Shown here in pieces: positions 18,668-27,791 of a stretch of DNA of 64,000 nt (position 1 is its first letter; every line of letters begins with the position of its first letter). Location of the stretch: positions 205,007 to 269,006 of the forward strand of contig DAIDJL010000002.1 in assembly GCA_027450205.1 (NCBI GenBank). The letters run 5' to 3'. Below the pieces are notes generated by a model, which was given only the letters and a program-made list of their open reading frames with translations, was not told the origin of the DNA and did no database searches. Origin of the DNA: Candidatus Parcubacteria bacterium. GTDB lineage: Bacteria > Patescibacteriota > Minisyncoccia > UBA6257 > 2-01-FULL-56-20. The position numbers and the translations under genes were made by a program.

Positions 18668-19154
18668 CGGGGCAGAAGAGGAGATCCATGGGATATTCGA
18701 TGCCACGCTGTTGTTAAAAGGGGCTGGTGCGTTCGCCGAGCTGATCGGCGGGATGTTGCTCTATTTTATAAGCTCCGAGAACATATCCCGCATGGCAAAT
18801 TTCTTTCTGGGGGGAGAGCTCGTTGAGGATCCGCACGATCTTCTCGCCAATTATTTATTGCATGTTGCCCAGACGTTCGGCGGGGGTTCAAAGCTATTTG
18901 CGGCGCTTTATCTCGTGGGCCACGGGATCGTGAATGGATTGGTGGTGTTGGGATTATGGAAAGAGAAAATCTGGGCCTACCCGATATCGTTCGCCGTGAT
19001 CGGAGCGTTCGTCGTTTATCAGATTTATTCACTTATGTTCGGCTATTCATTATGGCTTGTGGTCCTGACGGTGCTCGATCTTATCGTGTTGCTCCTTGCC
19101 TGGCATGAGTACAAGATCTTAAAAAAGAGAAAAAGATTTATGACTTCCCACTGA
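18603..19154 (+). CDS. DUF2127-family membrane protein (paralog of 43624..44100)
   Basis: Shares ELxGG.LL......xxxxxxF..GEL.EDP.DLLAN.LLH..Q......F.A.YL..HG.....V..L...K.WAYP motif block with 43624..44100. Confidence 0.55.
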   Translation: MTDRIIISMDIKKIFFISQKNNGAEEEIHGIFDATLLLKGAGAFAELIGGMLLYFISSENISRMANFFLGGELVEDPHDLLANYLLHVAQTFGGGSKLFAALYLVGHGIVNGLVVLGLWKEKIWAYPISFAVIGAFVVYQIYSLMFGYSLWLVVLTVLDLIVLLLAWHEYKILKKRKRFMTSH

Positions 19155-19189
19155 AAAAAAAGGGGGGGGCGGAAACGAACCCGCCTACC

Positions 19190-20569
19190 CTACTTTGCTT
19201 TCCAAATTCGCTCCGCGAGGTGGAGTTTCTCCGGGAGACGGTTGATGTAGGGTAGAAACGGGAAGAGGACGAGAAGGAGTGCGAGCAGTCCCAGGATCTC
19301 GGCGCCGTCCCGATCTCCGTTGGTGTCATTTGCAAGGATGGTTTTGTCCAACAACCCTAACGGGGCAAGCCACCAGGCTCCCGGAGGGATGGATCGACCC
19401 TCTTCGTACATCATGCCCCACTGGTCGGTGGTGATATGGAGGCCGCTTGCTTCCGTATCCAATACTCCGGTGTCGGCAAGGAATCGCAGAGAATAGGCCG
19501 GATCCGAACCGGGGTTTTCATTGTTTAGCGCCGCTTGATAGAGACCGCTCTTCGCCATCACAACAAGGGAAGAAATGACGGAGGTCAACGTGTTTTGCGT
19601 GCCACCGCTCTGAAAATATATTTCCGCCTGGGCGACATCTTGGTCTTGAACCGCCGCTGGTTCCGCGGAAAAAATAGCGAGCTCATCCGTTCCTCCCGTG
19701 GCTTCAATAAAGCTTTTATACGGCACCGTGATATATATGGTGCGCGTATCGTAAGCATACGGATCGATGGAGTCCAGATAGGTTGCGGTATCCGATGTAT
19801 GGCTGAATTCACCGAGAAGGGTTTGTGCCATTAGCCCGGGATCCTGGCGCGCGATTTCCCCGATGGTGGTTTGTTCTACGAGCGGCGAGGGGAAAACGAC
19901 GGCGAGAAGGAGGATGAGCGCGACGAGTACGCCGCCACGGATAAAAAGACGGATATGGTTTGCGGGTACTGTCGGGACGGAGACGTCTTCGCGATAGGGC
20001 TTTGCGATGCCGCGTATTTTTACGAGAAGATAGTGGAGCGCAAGAAGTCCCAGGATGACGACGGGAATGATGATGACGTGGATCCCGAATACCTGCGCCC
20101 CGTTCAGCGTGTTTATAAACCTTCCAAGATATGACCCGTTATAGAAATCGGCTCCCTGCAGCGCCCGGTACTGCGAGGAAAAATCCCCGCGCAGGTCATA
20201 TCCGAATTCCGCCTCTAGGGCAATAAGGAGGAACGCGAGCGCGCCGAGCATCCACGTAAGACGCCGCGGCGTTTTGAACCCGCTGCTTAGAAACACGACG
20301 AGGCCGTGAAGTATGATGATAAGGATCAACGCCTGCGCCGCCCAAAGATGGATGCTCCGGAAAAAGATGCCGATAGGGTTTGCGATCCACCATGCCGATC
20401 CGAGAAAGACCATCACCAAGCCGGTGACGGCAAGGAGTGCGAGGCAGGTGAGCCCTAAAAATCCAAGCGAATAGAATATGCTGTTGCCGTACTGCGGCAC
20501 CTCCATGATGAAGAACTTCTCTTTGATGGCATCTACTATATTGCGGGGAGAGGTGTCGGTGTCGGGCAT
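19190..20569 (-). CDS. cytochrome b/b6-like membrane protein
   Basis: N-terminal domain pattern FRSIHLWAAQ...ILHGLVVFLSSGFKTPRRLTWMLG...FGYDL with paired His in TM helices; 459 aa. Confidence 0.6.
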   Translation of the reverse strand: MPDTDTSPRNIVDAIKEKFFIMEVPQYGNSIFYSLGFLGLTCLALLAVTGLVMVFLGSAWWIANPIGIFFRSIHLWAAQALILIIILHGLVVFLSSGFKTPRRLTWMLGALAFLLIALEAEFGYDLRGDFSSQYRALQGADFYNGSYLGRFINTLNGAQVFGIHVIIIPVVILGLLALHYLLVKIRGIAKPYREDVSVPTVPANHIRLFIRGGVLVALILLLAVVFPSPLVEQTTIGEIARQDPGLMAQTLLGEFSHTSDTATYLDSIDPYAYDTRTIYITVPYKSFIEATGGTDELAIFSAEPAAVQDQDVAQAEIYFQSGGTQNTLTSVISSLVVMAKSGLYQAALNNENPGSDPAYSLRFLADTGVLDTEASGLHITTDQWGMMYEEGRSIPPGAWWLAPLGLLDKTILANDTNGDRDGAEILGLLALLLVLFPFLPYINRLPEKLHLAERIWKAK

Positions 20570-20580
20570 GAAAATATAGA

Positions 20581-20784
20581 TCAGTTCCTTCCCCAGCGAA
20601 CGGCGACCCAGGCGCGTTCGTGGATATAGTAGGTGAGCACTTTAATAGTGAAATCGAGAACGCCTATGCCCAACGAAAGCCCCCACTTCCTCGTGAACGC
20701 AAAAATAAGAAATGCAGTGATGAACGTTCCGATGATCCTCCAGCTTACCGCCTTGGCGATGCTCCGCCGGTGTTTATCGTCCAT
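20581..20784 (-). CDS. small membrane protein (DUF2061-like)
   Basis: 67 aa, two TM helices, KAVSWRIIGT pattern. Confidence 0.4.
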   Translation of the reverse strand: MDDKHRRSIAKAVSWRIIGTFITAFLIFAFTRKWGLSLGIGVLDFTIKVLTYYIHERAWVAVRWGRN

Positions 20785-20937
20785 GGGCTGTTATATATTT
20801 AAATTGTCCGGCGTGGATACCATAATCATACCAATAAAACCTCGCTATTCAAGTATGATAAGCTGCCTGCCCGCGCCTTGACACGGGAATGGCAAAACCC
20901 GATAGTTACGGTGGTATTCTTACCATAAGGAGAAGGA

Positions 20938-21561
20938 ATGAACTATCTGCAGAAGATCGAAGATGCGAAGCGATTGATCGAGCAGGCAATCAGAGATTAT
21001 CCGAATATCTGCCTTGGGTGCTCCTTCGGCAAGGATTCAATGGTGACGCTTGACCTGGTTTGGTTCGTGAAACCGGACATTCCAGTCTTTGCGATCATGG
21101 CGAATACGGAATTTCCTGAGACGTATGCGTTTGCAGAGCGCATGGTGAAGAAATATCACCTGAACTACACCGATTATCGATTTATCCAGGACGGTGGAAA
21201 GTGCTGCGGGCGCCCAAAAGTCGAAAAGACCAAAGAAGCTTTACGCAGATATGATGCGTGGATCTCGGGCGTACGTTCAACGGAGGGCATCACGCGGTCC
21301 GATTTTGAGCCAGTGGAAGAAAAGGGCGGCTTGATGAAGTTCAACCCGATCCTCGGATTCACCGAGCTCGACGTCTGGCGGTATCTTGCCCTCAACCAGA
21401 TCCCGATCAACCCGATGTATCAATTGGGATATCGCAGCCTGGGGTGCAGTTTATGTTCCTTCCCCGAGGAAGACGAGGCTGAGACCGAACGCGCCGGCCG
21501 CTGGAAGGGTACGGAAAACGCTTGCGGTGAATGCGGCATTCATACCCAACCTCTCCGGTAG
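20938..21561 (+). CDS. phosphoadenosine-phosphosulfate reductase family protein (CysH-like)
   Basis: PP-loop-like CSFGKDS, C-terminal Cys cluster CC....C..C and CGECG; 207 aa; hairpin terminator follows. Confidence 0.7.
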   Translation: MNYLQKIEDAKRLIEQAIRDYPNICLGCSFGKDSMVTLDLVWFVKPDIPVFAIMANTEFPETYAFAERMVKKYHLNYTDYRFIQDGGKCCGRPKVEKTKEALRRYDAWISGVRSTEGITRSDFEPVEEKGGLMKFNPILGFTELDVWRYLALNQIPINPMYQLGYRSLGCSLCSFPEEDEAETERAGRWKGTENACGECGIHTQPLR

Positions 21562-21586
21562 TAATAGAAGAGCGAAGCAGACAGCG

Positions 21587-21620
21587 GGGCGGATGAGACA
21601 TCATCCGCCCCCTTATTATT
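21587..21620 (+). terminator. rho-independent terminator-like hairpin
   Basis: ggggcggatga-gacatc-atccgcccc followed by a T-rich run. Confidence 0.5.
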
Positions 21621-21751
21621 CTATTTAAGGGTGTAAATCGGGGGCTAATTTAGGTGGTTAAGCGGGAGGGGGCCGAATCGCGAGACTGTTTCGTCGACAC
21701 GGATCCGTTGGGGTTTCCCGCTGCATAAAAAAGCTGTCGGCATGCGTATTA

Positions 21752-22180
21752 ATGGGAAAGAGCAATAATACCATGAAAAAATACATCATCGGTTTTGCGG
21801 CGGTCGTCGTTATGGGAGGGTTCTATCTGCTTTATGAAAATCAGCACGCGATTTCCGCGCCCAAAACCCAACCGGTCAACAAAAGTTCGTCGGTTGTTTA
21901 CAAAAACGGGACGTATACGGGAAGCGCCGTAGACGCGTTTTATGGGAACGTCCAGGTGCAGGCGACCATCCATGGGGGCAACATCACTAATGTGGCGTTT
22001 TTACAGTATCCGAATACCCACAGCGCATCCGTCTATATTAACCAACAGGCAATGCCGTACCTGCAGCAGGAAGCCATCCAGGCGCAAAGCGCGAACGTGA
22101 ACATTGTTTCCGGCGCGACCGATACGAGCATCGCCTTCCAGCAATCGCTTGCATCGGCGCTTACCAAGGCGCAGGGTTGA
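21752..22180 (+). CDS. secreted FMN-binding-domain protein (paralog of 15665..16228)
   Basis: Signal anchor plus the same FMN-binding domain; C-terminal about 55 codons almost identical at DNA level to the paralog. Confidence 0.7.
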   Translation: MGKSNNTMKKYIIGFAAVVVMGGFYLLYENQHAISAPKTQPVNKSSSVVYKNGTYTGSAVDAFYGNVQVQATIHGGNITNVAFLQYPNTHSASVYINQQAMPYLQQEAIQAQSANVNIVSGATDTSIAFQQSLASALTKAQG

Positions 22181-22286
22181 TCGATCCCCCCCCGAGGGGC
22201 ACAAGCTTTAAACGTGGGGCCGGCAGTAGGATGATGGGGCGGGGGGGGGGTGGCAAACCCCAAGTGCAAAGATGTATAATGGGACT

Positions 22287-22703
22287 ATGAAAATTTTCAT
22301 TGCTTCTCCATGGAGAAACCAAGAAAAAGTTTTTGAGGCAAGTAAGCGACTGACCGAGCAGGGTCACGAAGTGTATTCTTTTCTGCAGAACGGCGCGAAT
22401 CTTTTAACGGGCAGTTCTATTGGAGAAGAGTTGCGAACATTTGGCGAAGCTTTGCAGAATTGGGAAAACAATCCGAATATAAAGCAAATTTTTGAATCGG
22501 AGCTTCAGGGGCTTAAGAACAGCGATATGGTGGTACTTCTGCTTCCGGCGGGACATTCATCGCTCATCGAGGCGGGCATCGGCTATGGTGCCGGCAAAAG
22601 GATCGTGATCATCGGGGAAGTTGAGAAGCCGGAAGTGTTTTACCTGATCTGTGAAAAAATATATCCCGATCTCGAATCTTTTTTGAAAGAAATAAAATCC
22701 TAA
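22287..22703 (+). CDS. nucleoside 2-deoxyribosyltransferase-like protein
   Basis: MKIFIASPW...LLLPAGHSSLIEAGIGYGAGKRIVII matches the family signature. TATAAT at 22275-22280 directly precedes the ATG (leaderless). ORF track starts at 22272. Confidence 0.5.
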   Translation: MKIFIASPWRNQEKVFEASKRLTEQGHEVYSFLQNGANLLTGSSIGEELRTFGEALQNWENNPNIKQIFESELQGLKNSDMVVLLLPAGHSSLIEAGIGYGAGKRIVIIGEVEKPEVFYLICEKIYPDLESFLKEIKS

Positions 22704-22811
22704 AACTTTTCCCGGGGCATACCGGGGGGAAGTTTTAGTTGTCGGGCGAATGATAAGGTGCTAGCATATCACTAGCATCCAACGCTTCCCAAGAAGCTCA
22801 AAGGAGTCCAT

Positions 22812-23495
22812 ATGAGTGAATTTCCGCAATCTACCCCACGGAATAGCGGCGCTTCTCTCGTTGTGCCCGTTCCGCCGGAATCAGCCAATGTTGATCAGCG
22901 AGAGCGGTCAAGGTGCGTGAATAAAAATTGTCTTTTGGTGCAATATCGCACGGATCGCGGCATGTGCAAAAAGTGTGGTATGGCATTGCCCGCTCCGAAA
23001 AAAGCTTCAAATTCGGGCAAGCCATGCATTCTTCTGGAAAACATGCTTACCCGGAAAGAGATGGTCATTGGCGAACTGCTTGCGAAGGGGGATGATATCA
23101 CAAGCATCGCAGAAAAACTCCGCACTTCGCGACAGACTGTCAAAAACTGCTTAAATGTCATTTATAAGAAACTTTGCATAACCAGGGGGTCGAAGTGGGT
23201 CATTTTCGCATGCAAGGTTTTTGCAGAAACTATGGAGCGGGAAGCGGAGGAGATTCGCGCGAGCGGATATCCGTGCGGCCGGAGGCTTCCGGAGATACTG
23301 ACAAAAAGAGAGATGGTCATCGTTCGGTGTATCGCGGGGGGAATGGCCAATAAGGATATTGCCCACGAAATGAACATTTCGGAGCAAGTGGTGAAAAACT
23401 ACATATGTGCGATCACCAGGAAGCTTGGCTTTTCTGACCGCCTGGAAGTTGCGCTCAGGTTCCATTACGAAGAATTTTACGCAAGCCGGGGATAG
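22812..23495 (+). CDS. regulator with N-terminal zinc-ribbon-like Cys cluster and two tandem LuxR/GerE-type HTH domains
   Basis: Two copies of the LT.(K/R)E..(I/V)......G.....IA..L..S..TVKN....I..KL HTH pattern; CVNKNC...CKKCG near the N-terminus. Confidence 0.65.
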   Translation: MSEFPQSTPRNSGASLVVPVPPESANVDQRERSRCVNKNCLLVQYRTDRGMCKKCGMALPAPKKASNSGKPCILLENMLTRKEMVIGELLAKGDDITSIAEKLRTSRQTVKNCLNVIYKKLCITRGSKWVIFACKVFAETMEREAEEIRASGYPCGRRLPEILTKREMVIVRCIAGGMANKDIAHEMNISEQVVKNYICAITRKLGFSDRLEVALRFHYEEFYASRG

Positions 23496-23679
23496 TCGCC
23501 TGATGGGGGGGGCGCAGCCGGCATATGCACTCCCTGCCGTTCCAGGGACGCTTGGTTGTCGGGAGGGATTGATCAATGTTTCCTACGGGCCCCGCAAAAC
23601 AGCGGGGCTCTTTTATATATAAAAAACCGAACGCCATTCCGATTGCCGAAGATCAAAAAATCCGCCCATAAAGAAGCGT

Positions 23680-24138
23680 ATGACATCCATCGGCGGCGTT
23701 TGCTATACTAAAAATATGAAACATACACAGGCGGTGCGAGAAGTGGGGAAATTCGTTTCGGGCCTTGTGACCGCCGACCTTATTACGGGGCTTTGGTTCC
23801 TTGCGTCCGGCACTCTTCCGCAGTGGCTTTTCGGGGTATATGTTACCGCACCGTTTGCATGGCTTTGGGTCGGATGCGATGTTTTCATACTGCTTGTGCT
23901 AGTGCATTATTCATGGCATCCAAAGGCACTCGAACCGCATACCTCAAGCCGTATGCTCTTTTCGGTGGTTGGCGTGATTATGGCTGCGGTCGCCCTCATC
24001 CATTTCCTCCGCCTCGTTTTCGGATGGTCGGTTGTGATCGGTGCATGGGATGCTCCGCTGTGGATCAGCTGGATCGGCGTGCTCGTCGCCGGATATATCT
24101 CGTACGCAAGTTTTCACCTTGCGTCTCGTAAAAATTGA
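23680..24138 (+). CDS. membrane protein (4 TM)
   Basis: Hydrophobic helices throughout; 152 aa (start may be 23716). Confidence 0.45.
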   Translation: MTSIGGVCYTKNMKHTQAVREVGKFVSGLVTADLITGLWFLASGTLPQWLFGVYVTAPFAWLWVGCDVFILLVLVHYSWHPKALEPHTSSRMLFSVVGVIMAAVALIHFLRLVFGWSVVIGAWDAPLWISWIGVLVAGYISYASFHLASRKN

Positions 24139-24215
24139 TTCAGCGTACATGGCGTTTAAAAGCCCCGAAGGGTCGGGGCTTTTAAACGAAATTTGTCCGG
24201 TATATTTTCATATGG

Positions 24216-24632
24216 TTATGACGAGAGCATGTTGTTGGCGGCAACTAGGTCGTTTTTTGCAGTGCCGAGCAATATGACCTCTCCGGTTCGTAGGTCAACA
24301 AGGCCGGAGACGATCGGGGCCAAGCCATTGATTTGTGATGTGATCGTTTTGATTTGCGCAGAGACTGCCGCTCGTTCGTCCGTCGTCGCAAGTGGCATGC
24401 CCGCGAGCGCGCTCGTTTCTTTGGCTGCCGCCGCAAGTTGTACGGTTGCGATCGCGGAAATGCTTTCCCTTTGGGCTTCAATTTTTGTCACCGAGGCGAT
24501 GATGTTACTTGCCTCGGACACCATATCTGCGGGAGTTTTTGCCGTGACGGTTGTTTGAGCGACGACACTCTCTGCAGTTGCAAGAATGGCAAGAACTCCG
24601 CACATCAATACCGACACACAGATTTTTTTCAT
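24216..24632 (-). CDS. secreted Ala-rich protein
   Basis: Signal peptide MKKICVSVLMCGVLAILATAESVVAQ; 138 aa. Confidence 0.45.
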   Translation of the reverse strand: MKKICVSVLMCGVLAILATAESVVAQTTVTAKTPADMVSEASNIIASVTKIEAQRESISAIATVQLAAAAKETSALAGMPLATTDERAAVSAQIKTITSQINGLAPIVSGLVDLRTGEVILLGTAKNDLVAANNMLSS

Positions 24633-24730
24633 TGCAATACGTGCGATATTTTATTTGCCGACCTTTCCCCTGCTTAGTAAGGAACGGAACAGCATTAAAA
24701 AATGTTACGTAGGGATAGGAGCTTGTTTTT

Positions 24731-24768
24731 GGGTGCCTGGGTGGAGGAAGTCAGAACCTGTTTGGGGG
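24731..24768 (+). repeat. Conserved intergenic element, family 2 copy D (GGGTGCCTGGGTGGAGGAAGTCAGAACCTGTTTG)
   Basis: Shares gggtgcctgggtg.agga.gtcagaacctgtttg with copies at 25794 and 27431. Confidence 0.65.
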
Positions 24769-24786
24769 CAAAGGGTTGAAAGTTTT

Positions 24787-25629
24787 CTAGAAACAGCCGC
24801 CGGAATCCATTTGTGCGGGGGCTAAATGCATATTCACCCAACCCTGCGGCGTATTTTCCATCGCACTGGTAAATTCTCCGTCGCCATTGATATATTCAAA
24901 TCTTACGGTGGCTTTGGAGGTATCAGAGGGGCAGAGCTGGTAATCTTTTACTGCCAGAGTGGTACTCGCATATTGAGCACCTAACCCTTTTATAAAAGGA
25001 GCTTCATTGTTATAGGCGGTTTGATAACTTATTTGGTCAATACAGGTGAGACTTCCCAAATAAGGGGTCTCTAAATCTAATCCCTCAGGACCTGCATTAA
25101 TCCAAACTTGAATCCTGCACCGCAGGCCGGACTGTGAACTATAATATGCGTTCGAGAACACAAAGCCGCCCACAGCCGAATAATCAGAATTGCCCGTTGA
25201 CTGATTTGTCTGTAACACAAAGCCATGTAGACCCATGTAGCCATCCACAGTTTTAATCAAGGCCGTATTGAAGTTATATGCGATCTGAGGTGAAAGCGAA
25301 GTTGTCGTGGGGGCAGATGATACGGAGATTGTCGCCGCGGCAAAAGTTAATGAGCTCGAAGCGTGAACATCGATTGGCGTGCCATCCTGGTCGATCCATA
25401 CCAGGTCGCCTAATGTTGCGTTGGTGGTATTGTACCCGAGTGTGGCAATCTTGCCTTGCAGATCCGCCGTGACTCCGGCGATGCTTGTAGTTGAACTAGC
25501 TGACTCACCCTGGGAAGAAGTGGAAATGATTCCGTTATGTTGCGATGTATAATACCAAAATCCTACCGCGGCAATGACGACGATCACTAAAACGATTACA
25601 ATAATCGTCGCGAAGCCATCCTTTTTCAT
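24787..25629 (-). CDS. membrane-anchored extracellular protein
   Basis: N-terminal signal anchor IIVIVLVIVVIAAVGFWYY; S/T-rich; 280 aa. Confidence 0.5.
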   Translation of the reverse strand: MKKDGFATIIVIVLVIVVIAAVGFWYYTSQHNGIISTSSQGESASSTTSIAGVTADLQGKIATLGYNTTNATLGDLVWIDQDGTPIDVHASSSLTFAAATISVSSAPTTTSLSPQIAYNFNTALIKTVDGYMGLHGFVLQTNQSTGNSDYSAVGGFVFSNAYYSSQSGLRCRIQVWINAGPEGLDLETPYLGSLTCIDQISYQTAYNNEAPFIKGLGAQYASTTLAVKDYQLCPSDTSKATVRFEYINGDGEFTSAMENTPQGWVNMHLAPAQMDSGGCF

Positions 25630-25793
25630 ATACTCACTGTATCACACCCCAGATACAGTTCTTTAATGGCGCAAGGGGATGGCAGGTCGCTGGCCAGAAC
25701 GTCGAGGTGTAATAGGCGGACTCGGGCACGTGAAGTTCTATTTCCCGTTAGGGGTATGCAAAATTAGCCCCATAAAATCTATCTAAAAATCGA

Positions 25794-25840
25794 TGGGTGC
25801 CTGGGTGAAGGATGTCAGAACCTGTTTGATCGGATTATAA
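25794..25840 (+). repeat. Conserved intergenic element, family 2 copy E
   Basis: gggtgcctgggtgaaggatgtcagaacctgtttgatcggattataaa; intergenic. Confidence 0.65.
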
Positions 25841-25891
25841 AAATGCGGCTTGCCCCTTTCGAAGCAAGCCGTTGATACATGCAGAGGAGTT

Positions 25892-26599
25892 CTAGAGAGA
25901 CACTCCCATTTTCCTGTCGTTCTCGTTGCGAAGCTCAATGTCCACGAATAGATTTCGCGAGTCGTTCCGGACGCGGGCAATCGCGAGAAGATGCGCGAGT
26001 TCATATCCCCAGAGGGACGCTGGAGAATCCTTCTGTAGGTATTCTCTGAGTTCCGTAAGCCAGGCCCGCGTTACCCGTTCGTTGAAGTCTCCCGTATGCT
26101 TGAGTCGTTCGCGGAGGATTCCAAGGACCATTTCCTTCTCGGCGGAAAGCAGCTCAACGTGATCCCTGCCGGGCATGATTGCTTCCCACAAGAACCGGAA
26201 GATCGCCTTTCCGAAATCGTCAAAGTTCTGCCCCCACTTGAAGGACAGGCGCTTCAGGATGTCCCCTCGGATTCCCATGAGGGATGGTTTTTCGGTGTCC
26301 TGAGGATCTTTGCGTCGGATGCTTCCTTTTGGGTAGGCATACATGAGCGCGAAGCAAAATTCGCGATCAATCCTCTCAACTTCATCGAAGTACTCGCGAT
26401 CTCCGGCGTGCTTCGGGTTGCCATCGGGCTTGATGAGTTCCGGTATGGCGCGAACTAGCTCACGGGCATAATCCTCTTGCGATTTGACGATCGCCTCCCG
26501 CAATGCACCAGAGAGGACGAGGAGGCGTTCGGATGAAGTGAGCCCTCCTGCGAGGCGCTTCACTAACGCAAGGTTTGTGGAATCACTAAACTGAGACAT
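25892..26599 (-). CDS. hypothetical cytoplasmic protein
   Basis: ORF, likely start MSQFSDS at 26599 (track extends to 26674); no recognised domain. Confidence 0.45.
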   Translation of the reverse strand: MSQFSDSTNLALVKRLAGGLTSSERLLVLSGALREAIVKSQEDYARELVRAIPELIKPDGNPKHAGDREYFDEVERIDREFCFALMYAYPKGSIRRKDPQDTEKPSLMGIRGDILKRLSFKWGQNFDDFGKAIFRFLWEAIMPGRDHVELLSAEKEMVLGILRERLKHTGDFNERVTRAWLTELREYLQKDSPASLWGYELAHLLAIARVRNDSRNLFVDIELRNENDRKMGVSL

Positions 26600-26716
26600 G
26601 GAATAGATGCTCCTTTCAAGATCTTTTCCCCTTGGAGAAAAGAGCGCTGTTTTGCCCTTGGGCAGAAACAACACGCTGATATCCGTATATCACTTAACTA
26701 CTTAAAAGTCCAGGAA

Positions 26717-27247
26717 ATGAAGCTGGGCCAGTTGATTGTGTGGTTCTACGGTAGCAAGCTTTCTGCTATGGATGATCTCTCGAATTACGACAAACTAAAG
26801 GAAGATGCCCAGCGATTTTATAGCAGCACTGGCCGGATTACCTCACCGGCATTTAATGAAGACATCTATTTTACCGCCGAGGGGTTCAACCACATCATCT
26901 ATAAGAGAGCCCGATCCGAGCGGGAGAAATCCTCGCAGATATTGCGTTTTAAACTCCTTCCTCTTGCGGTTAAGCTCATAAAACTTTCGACGACATTTCA
27001 GGAGTTTGAAGAAACACTCCAACAGTTTGAGGTAAAGAGCTTCAAGAAACGGGTGACGAAGAGTAAGCCGGTGAAGTACTGGGGTATCATCGCGATCATC
27101 GAGGGAAGAAAGATAAAAGTCATACTTCGCAAGATAGGCGATAACGGCCAGATGCATTTCTGGAGCATTGTTCCGGCGTGGACAACAAACAAATTCAGGG
27201 ATACGAGATTTTTCACAACGATGAAGGGCAACCCTGACGAAGACTAA
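26717..27247 (+). CDS. hypothetical protein (176 aa), divergent from 25892..26599
   Basis: ORF; basic C-terminal half; no recognised domain. Confidence 0.45.
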   Translation: MKLGQLIVWFYGSKLSAMDDLSNYDKLKEDAQRFYSSTGRITSPAFNEDIYFTAEGFNHIIYKRARSEREKSSQILRFKLLPLAVKLIKLSTTFQEFEETLQQFEVKSFKKRVTKSKPVKYWGIIAIIEGRKIKVILRKIGDNGQMHFWSIVPAWTTNKFRDTRFFTTMKGNPDED

Positions 27248-27414
27248 AAACAAAAACACCGCCAAAGGCGGTATCTTTGTCGTGCCTGCCTTCGGCTTAT
27301 GTATTAGCCGAATAGGGCTGACGCCCCACAAGCACATTTACATATTACACTTTTGGGGCGAAAATGCAACACGCATTTTATATGGATTTAATGAGCTTTC
27401 CATACCCCTCGGAC

Positions 27415-27476
27415 TAGGAAGTCAGAACTTGGGTGCCTGGGTGAAGGATGTCAGAATCTGTTTGATGAGATTATAA
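27415..27476 (+). repeat. Conserved intergenic element, family 2 copy F with partial internal duplication
   Basis: ggaagtcagaac (27417-27428) immediately precedes the full unit gggtgcctgggtgaaggatgtcagaatctgtttgatgagattataaa. Confidence 0.65.
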
Positions 27477-27743
27477 AAAAAAGCGGCCCGGATCGCTTAA
27501 TGCAACCCGAGCCATGGCCGCTCTTGGTCAGTAAATGTATTCACTGCGGTTAAGAGTGTTTTATCGCATATTCGTGTTATGGGTGGGCTAGTGGGGAAAA
27601 TTGGAAATTATCTTACCTCTTCGTCTCAATCCCTTTTTCTTACAGTCCAATCCATAACAATTGAGGCGTATACATCTCTAGGGACATTATTAATGCGAGG
27701 AGCTATTACAGGATTGATGGTTCGGGAGTCATTAACAACGTCA

Positions 27744-27773
27744 CGAGAGCTCATTTGACACCAAATACCCACT
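27744..27773 (+). promoter_or_regulatory. promoter with embedded CsoR-type operator palindrome (ATACCCACTAGGGGTAT)
   Basis: TTGACA 27744-27749, palindrome in the spacer, TATCAT -10; drives the csoR-like gene. Same architecture at 39104-39133. Confidence 0.6.
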
Positions 27774-27791
27774 AGGGGTATCATATGCTAT

